Shown here piece by piece: positions 58,482-64,000 of a DNA stretch of 64,000 nt. The stretch comes from Patescibacteria group bacterium. Lineage in GTDB: Bacteria; Patescibacteriota; Microgenomatia; UBA8517. Position numbers and translations under genes: made by a program. The notes under the pieces are model-generated. The model ran no database searches. It saw only the letters and a program-made list of their open reading frames with translations, and was not told the DNA's origin. Position 1 is the stretch's first letter. The number at the start of each line of letters is the position of its first letter. The DNA lies in contig DATDRP010000003.1 in the NCBI GenBank assembly GCA_035291665.1, positions 148,549 through 212,548 of the forward strand. Reading direction: 5' to 3'.

Positions 58482-58799
58482 AATTTATCTTAAACTTAAA
58501 TTATTTTATATCCTACAACCAATTTCTTATTTTTGACACTTAATACTTAGGACGTTAAACGGAATACGCAATACGATAGATGAAACACGAAGAACGAAAC
58601 TACTTAATTCCTTAATTTCTATATTTTTAGTTTCCTACCGCCTAGAACTTACAACTGAATACTTAAGACTAATTACCCACCACTCACTACTCAATTCGCA
58701 CTTCTCAACTCCGAAATCTGTCCTAGAACTTACTACTTAACTCTTTTTAACCTCAAGCTGTTGACTCAATTAATTATAAAACCTATAATCCGCTTAATT

Positions 58800-59015
58800 A
58801 TGTCTGAGATTATTCAACCAGGTAAATACAGTTGTCTGGAATTTCCGGAAAATTATATCGAAGTTGAAATTCCAATAACTTCATGTATGCAGAGCACTCT
58901 TACTGATTTAGCCATGACAATAAATTTTTACGCCAGACAAGATTGTAAAAAATGCCGTGACGGATGCACGCTATCGATACTGGGAAAAAAAGCAAACGAG
59001 ATGGCCATCTGGTAA
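58800..59015 (+). CDS. Small Cys-containing hypothetical protein
   Basis: ATG after TATAAT; CxxC motif. Confidence 0.45.
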   Translation: MSEIIQPGKYSCLEFPENYIEVEIPITSCMQSTLTDLAMTINFYARQDCKKCRDGCTLSILGKKANEMAIW

Positions 59016-59169
59016 GAATAACTTCTTTTATTATTGATCTGTGAAGAATAATTACTAAAATCTGAACCAGGTAATGTGTACCAATAGTCATAGTTCTTGA
59101 TAACCCTTGCTGTCATTTGTTCAATCGTTTGACTTACTGATATCAAAAAAACTATACTCGATTAAAATC

Positions 59170-59370
59170 ATGGGAATTATTAAAGAAGCTGCTATTTTTA
59201 TCGGAGATCATATAACTCAACCTATTAGAGCAAAAATTGCTTCTCGAAGAATCGGCAGACCCGTTTATATAGAAAGAGTTGTGACCCATGGATTATTGGA
59301 AGATATGTTAGACCTTGATACCAAAAGAGTTAACTGGTACATCCGAACAAAAGATAAGGAAGAAAAGTAA
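59170..59370 (+). CDS. Small hypothetical protein
   Basis: ATG after TTGACT/TATACT promoter. Confidence 0.5.
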   Translation: MGIIKEAAIFIGDHITQPIRAKIASRRIGRPVYIERVVTHGLLEDMLDLDTKRVNWYIRTKDKEEK

Positions 59371-59371
59371 T

Positions 59372-59833
59372 TTAATTATTCGCTTCAATTTTTTCTATTT
59401 CGTTTAACCTTCTGACGTGTCTTGCCTTCTCATCAAACTTGGTTTCCAAAAATCCTTTTATCATCTCTTTTACATCGTGCTCGGATGTGTGATCAGCAGC
59501 AATCACCAAAACATTCATGTCATCGTCTTCTCTCCCTTCCCGCACCTGATCAGGATCGATTCCGATTGAAGCTCTAACTCCGTCAAATTTATTCGCCGTA
59601 ACATCAACTCCCACACCCGACCCGCATAACAGTATCCCCCGCACTTCTTCTCTGTCTCTATCTCTGTCTCCAACGATCGATGCCACCTCGCTTGCATACT
59701 TTGTATAATCATCTTTTTCATCATAGGAAGACGCTCCCAAATCGGTAAATTCATATCCCCATTCAAATAGCCATTTGGCAATTTTCTCTTTTAAATAGTA
59801 TCCACGGTGGTCCGAACCGATATAAATTTTCAT
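59372..59833 (-). CDS. rpiB: Ribose-5-phosphate isomerase B
   Basis: GSDHRG, DY, CGSGVG, ANK, RH.RR. Confidence 0.93.
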   Translation of the reverse strand: MKIYIGSDHRGYYLKEKIAKWLFEWGYEFTDLGASSYDEKDDYTKYASEVASIVGDRDRDREEVRGILLCGSGVGVDVTANKFDGVRASIGIDPDQVREGREDDDMNVLVIAADHTSEHDVKEMIKGFLETKFDEKARHVRRLNEIEKIEANN

Positions 59834-59841
59834 TTTCTAAT

Positions 59842-60501
59842 TTACTCATAACCTCCGACTAGCTTCCGCAGTTCCGCTTCCGGGTCTTCTGAGGTTACGA
59901 TACTGCTGGCAATCGCAAATCCTGTAGCCCCAAGCTCCAAACTCTTTCGAATATCTTCTTCGCTTTTGATACCGGCACCCACTATCAGGGGAATTCCGGC
60001 AGCTTTTGCAAGATCAACTGCCTTCTGAATAACTTCAGGTTTCTCCTTTGCAACCGATGTGGTTTTGCTCCCCACCAATTCAGGCGGTTCATAGGAAACA
60101 AAATCAGGCTTCAAAGCGATTACCTTCTCCAACTCTTCCATGTTTCCTGCAAAGATAAGGGTTTTTAGGCCCACTTCTTTAGCTCTTTGATTAGCTTTCC
60201 GTAAAAGCTCAAAGTCGGTATATTTTTTCTCGGAATGATTCAAAAAAGTTCCCACAGCTCCATCTTCTTTTACGGCTTCGGGTATGATCGATCCCGTATG
60301 GGCGCCGAATTCTGCAGGATCAACATGCTGCGTCCAAATTTCCAGTTTGGTAATTTGAGACGCCTCAAGAATATCCTCTGCCTGAAGAACCGGAATAATT
60401 TTAATTGAAGCTTCGATTGATACCTTTTCCAGAATTTTTACAAGACTCAGGGCATTGTGCCCGGTTCCGGTCTCGTATGTTTTAAAATTGACGAAAATCA
60501 T
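59842..60501 (-). CDS. tpiA: Triosephosphate isomerase (archaeal-type, short)
   Basis: VNFKTY, QHVD, GAHTG, NHSE, YEPPELVG, GAGI. Confidence 0.93.
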   Translation of the reverse strand: MIFVNFKTYETGTGHNALSLVKILEKVSIEASIKIIPVLQAEDILEASQITKLEIWTQHVDPAEFGAHTGSIIPEAVKEDGAVGTFLNHSEKKYTDFELLRKANQRAKEVGLKTLIFAGNMEELEKVIALKPDFVSYEPPELVGSKTTSVAKEKPEVIQKAVDLAKAAGIPLIVGAGIKSEEDIRKSLELGATGFAIASSIVTSEDPEAELRKLVGGYE

Positions 60502-60666
60502 TAATAAAAGTATATACTCCTCTTACTTGAATTTGAATCTTCATGTAAGAGATTATATATTCAAAACCTCTCGTCCGCCTTTGGCGAGACTCAAGTTTGT
60601 TGACTATAACAAGCAGAAAACGTATAACAAGTGGGGGTCAGAAAAAAGACAGATTCTTACAAGAAC

Positions 60667-60915
60667 TCAAAGCCCCAGGATTGTGTCCAGTCGGGCTTTG
60701 TCAAACCCAACAACAACATCGTTAGTGCCATCGTCTTTTGCGACTGCCGTAAACGGAACACCCATAAAACCTCCGGAAAGACCCAGCATCTCGCTTCTTG
60801 CAACCTCATCGTCATCAACTTTTTTTTCTGAATATGAAATGTGTTTTTCGTCAAGATAATCCTTAAGCATTTTACAATAAGGACATGTGGTTGTTGAAAA
60901 TATTGTTACTTTCAT
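60667..60915 (-). CDS. Glutaredoxin/NrdH-like redoxin
   Basis: CPYC, GVP, VGFD; SD GGGGGTGA before ATG 60915. Confidence 0.88.
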   Translation of the reverse strand: MKVTIFSTTTCPYCKMLKDYLDEKHISYSEKKVDDDEVARSEMLGLSGGFMGVPFTAVAKDDGTNDVVVGFDKARLDTILGL

Positions 60916-61038
60916 CTGTCTATCACCCCCCAGTGAGATAGTTATAATAAAGCATCTCACGGGGTCACGTTTGATGACTTGTCTATCAAACTGTGACTCA
61001 GTAATTTTTAGCTTACCAGCAACTCGACTTGCTAACAA

Positions 61039-61626
61039 CTACTTAACAACCATCACTCCCTCCATACCCATTGCCCGGTGGTTTCCAACACTGCAGTAAA
61101 AAGTGTATTCACCGGCTTTAGCGGGTGCCGTAAATTCAACAACGGATTCCTGATCAGTTGATATTTGCTTAGTGGCAATAGCCAAATCATCAAATGTCAA
61201 ATCATGGATTCCACCGCTATTTTTGAAAACTAATTTTATTTTTTCTCCGGCTTTCACTTCAAAAGTTTTAGGATCGAATTTAAAATTGCTCCCCTTAACA
61301 ACAATCTCTTTTACTGTTTCGTTTGCTGCGCTTGGTGTTTCAATTACTTGGTTGCCCGTAGACGTTCCTTCAACATTTCCGCTTCCTGTCGTTGTGCTTT
61401 CCGGTTGAGTTCTGGCAACAGGGGTTGGTAAGGCTGTTGTTTGACTCTTTGGTTTATTCATAAAGAAAAAATAATAGACTCCCACAAGTGCAATCAGTGC
61501 AATAAAAATCATTGCAACAAGCATGTTTTTTGAACCTTTTGAATCATCGCCCGAACTTTCTGTAGTAGTCTCAGGCGTAACCGGAGTTTCTTCATCCTGA
61601 ACTTCTTTGTTATTTTCTTCTTCCAT
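61039..61626 (-). CDS. Membrane-anchored cupredoxin (type 1 copper)
   Basis: TM helix, HD, YCSVGNHRAMGM ligand set; SD GGAGGTGA. Confidence 0.88.
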   Translation of the reverse strand: MEEENNKEVQDEETPVTPETTTESSGDDSKGSKNMLVAMIFIALIALVGVYYFFFMNKPKSQTTALPTPVARTQPESTTTGSGNVEGTSTGNQVIETPSAANETVKEIVVKGSNFKFDPKTFEVKAGEKIKLVFKNSGGIHDLTFDDLAIATKQISTDQESVVEFTAPAKAGEYTFYCSVGNHRAMGMEGVMVVK

Positions 61627-61845
61627 AAATTATCACCTCCCCCCGGTGAGGCAGTTCCGATTAAGTCGGAACATCTCACGGAGTCCAAGTTGGATGGCAA
61701 AGTCTATCCAACCGGGACCAACAAATTAATATTTAGAAATTTTCCCTACAATACTTGTTTGAGCATTCTCAGTCAACCACCAAGATTATTAATATATCAA
61801 CTCAATTCTGAAATATAGCTTAAAAATCCCGAAGATGAAATATTT

Positions 61846-62577
61846 TTAAGTAAAGAAGAAGCTCAATATTTTGGTCCAAATCGTCTCTTCTACGCCCAGA
61901 ATCTCTCCATTTACCGCCGATATTTTCGCCGTAACCTGAGCGTCATATGTATAAAGATCTGTTATTTGAATATCCTTTACAGCTGCAATTTCATAATACA
62001 AATTTCCCGTTTCGTCCTCGGATATCCTCATCGGGGTTAGTTCTTTCAATCTGGTAGCTATTTTTGATTTTACTAAAACGTTAACGGCCTCCTGAGGAGG
62101 TACTGGCAGAAATCTGTATCCTGTTGGAGTGAGAAGTGTAATCTTTGCTTTGTCGGGATCAACATTAACTTGAAAATCTGTTATTGCCCTGAAAGATCCC
62201 TGTCCGACAACAAAATTTTTATCGTTCTTTGCAATATATAAATTACTGACGGCCGGACGGTCTTCAAATTCAATAATTTTTTCGTCAACATCCGTCACAT
62301 CAAAATTTTTTTCACCAACATCGGTTGAAATATTCAAACTCAGCTTCCCATCTTTTTTCGTCAGCGATATCGGCAAATCCTTTCCCACCAGATCAAAAAC
62401 CGAATTAATTACCGATTTTTCTTTATTCCCCAAATCATCGCTTTCATATGATAGAACATTCGAGCTCACTACCCCGTCTTTTCCAACAGTTATTAGTTGC
62501 GCATAAGAAGCCCTAGTCCAAACGAAAAACTCCAACAAGATAAATCCTGTTAATCCGACTATCTTAATCTTTCCCAT
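61846..62577 (-). CDS. Hypothetical secreted protein
   Basis: Signal peptide, beta-rich body, PepSY-like ISAVNGEIL tail. Confidence 0.7.
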   Translation of the reverse strand: MGKIKIVGLTGFILLEFFVWTRASYAQLITVGKDGVVSSNVLSYESDDLGNKEKSVINSVFDLVGKDLPISLTKKDGKLSLNISTDVGEKNFDVTDVDEKIIEFEDRPAVSNLYIAKNDKNFVVGQGSFRAITDFQVNVDPDKAKITLLTPTGYRFLPVPPQEAVNVLVKSKIATRLKELTPMRISEDETGNLYYEIAAVKDIQITDLYTYDAQVTAKISAVNGEILGVEETIWTKILSFFFT

Positions 62578-62771
62578 TATCGATACATTATACTCAAAAT
62601 TTTCTTCCCGTAATATCGTAATATCTTAATATCGTAAAATCCTATCCGATTTTCCGCATATATACCGCATTATTAACGCACGTTTCTATCATACCCGCAA
62701 GAATCCACAATTCAACCACTTCAAAGAAAAACCGTAAGGTCAACCCGAAGAAACGACCTGGCAAATCTCCC

Positions 62772-62954
62772 TTACTTCATTTTTCGGATGAGGACAGCTG
62801 TAAGACCCGAAACCATAGCAAACATCAGCCATGTTGTCTGAGCAAAAACAAAAATTGAGTGTCTGAATTGCCCTGTACCCCAAAAGACTAATGAAGCAAA
62901 ACAAAACAAAAACAAAGCATTGATAAATAATTCTCGATCTTTTTTCTTAACCAA
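62772..62954 (-). CDS. Small two-TM protein
   Basis: AAGGAGGTGA SD before TTG start. Confidence 0.6.
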   Translation of the reverse strand: MVKKKDRELFINALFLFCFASLVFWGTGQFRHSIFVFAQTTWLMFAMVSGLTAVLIRKMK

Positions 62955-63141
62955 GTAAGCTCACCTCCTTTAAATAATAGCTTGGGCAGTTTGATTAATA
63001 GGATTGGTATAAACCCAGCGAAGAATCTTAAAAATATTACCAGATTTAAGATTTCCGTCCCGCATTAAATCCTGCTTCCGGCGGGATTAAAAAACAAACC
63101 CTTCATTAATAATAACCAACAAAGACGTGTAATGTAAACAA

Positions 63142-63315
63142 TTACAATTTTAAGTAAACTCCGAAGATTCCCAAGACCATCGCGACCAACAGCCACTGCG
63201 TTGATGCCAGCCAAATATCAGTACCTAAATACCCTATTCCCGAAAAGACAACCGCAACGAAAGATAGAACCATCAAAGAATTAGTAACCATATCATTGTT
63301 GCTTTTTGATGCCAT
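63142..63315 (-). CDS. Small two-TM protein
   Basis: GGGGGTGA SD before ATG 63315; WLASTQWLLVA motif. Confidence 0.65.
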   Translation of the reverse strand: MASKSNNDMVTNSLMVLSFVAVVFSGIGYLGTDIWLASTQWLLVAMVLGIFGVYLKL

Positions 63316-63450
63316 ATTTATCACCCCCAAACTTATTACAAAATTATTTGTCGACTTCAAAAATACTAGAATTTTTGGTCTTTGAATTATCTTAGCATAA
63401 TCTAGGAGTTGAAATGATTTTTGATTTGATGAATAATCCCATAAACCACT

Positions 63451-63906
63451 ATGAAAAGCCAACTTGATAAGTTGAAAACACTTCTTCTGGCTATCGGAAT
63501 TATAATTGTCGGGTTAGTCTTCACATTTATAAAATTCTTCAATGTTCTTGAGCCGCCTCAAACCGGAACTGGGGTGGTTAATAACACAACACCCTCTCCC
63601 TCGGCCGGAACAGTTAAACTCACTGTTAACTTCGGGAATAATAGTGTTATCAGTTTTGAAGGAAATTACGATCAGAATAAAACCCCACTCGCTCTTTTGA
63701 AAAATGCCGCATCTCAAAACGGATTTACTGTTGAAAGTCAGAACTCTACTAACGGACCGTCTGTTCAATCCATCGGCGGCATAGCCGGTGATGATAAATA
63801 TTTCTGGGGTTACTATGTAAATGGCCAAATGGGTAATACTGCTTCCGATCAGTACCAACTCACTCCGGGAGACCGTGTCGAATGGAAGTTTGAAGAGATA
63901 AAGTAA
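63451..63906 (+). CDS. DUF4430/transcobalamin beta-domain-like membrane-anchored protein
   Basis: VQSIGG, FWGYYVNG, ASDQY.L..GD.VEW. Confidence 0.8.
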   Translation: MKSQLDKLKTLLLAIGIIIVGLVFTFIKFFNVLEPPQTGTGVVNNTTPSPSAGTVKLTVNFGNNSVISFEGNYDQNKTPLALLKNAASQNGFTVESQNSTNGPSVQSIGGIAGDDKYFWGYYVNGQMGNTASDQYQLTPGDRVEWKFEEIK

Positions 63907-63967
63907 TATGAGTCAATTACCAATTAAATCATTACAAAAACAGATCCGTGTTCAAGGAAGTCTGGTG

Positions 63968-64000
63968 TACCCACTCCGCTAAAGCGCGGGGTAGGAAATC
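63968..64000. mobile_element. Possible IS200/IS605-like end hairpin at the window edge
   Basis: TACCC-ACTCCGCTAAAGCGCG-GGGTA; truncated by the window end. Confidence 0.35.

Overview
64 kb of low-GC bacterial chromosome (genetic code 11) whose gene content and style point to a CPR/Patescibacteria organism, probably Microgenomates (inference). Housekeeping blocks: recF-GT2-GH36-mutM, GT4 plus a 5'-3' exonuclease, ftsH, T-box-led trpS, nrdR with two tandem class II nrdJ genes and pduO, two class A PBPs, and a glycolysis/pentose-phosphate cluster (tpiA, rpiB, pgk, gap, rpe, tkt, fba, pfkB, 2-hydroxyacid dehydrogenase). The most unusual signal is two nested tRNA loci (19997-20228 and 22116-22366), one on each side of a divergent tyrosine recombinase gene. 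In each, a tRNA gene is split at the AT of its anticodon by a chain of stereotyped hairpin units, and one 101-bp unit carries a complete CCA-encoding tRNA with the same anticodon (CAT or TAT). Other candidates: four-helix-bundle genes bracketed by inverted arrays of short tandem repeats, with an empty copy alongside one of them; a second NrdJ with rewritten substrate-binding motifs; a G-U-rich orphan ncRNA; a DNA-conserved QILSTF junction suggesting domain shuffling in surface proteins; and many REP-like palindromes and microsatellites inserted in genes. All calls were made by eye with no database searches, so novelty is unverified.
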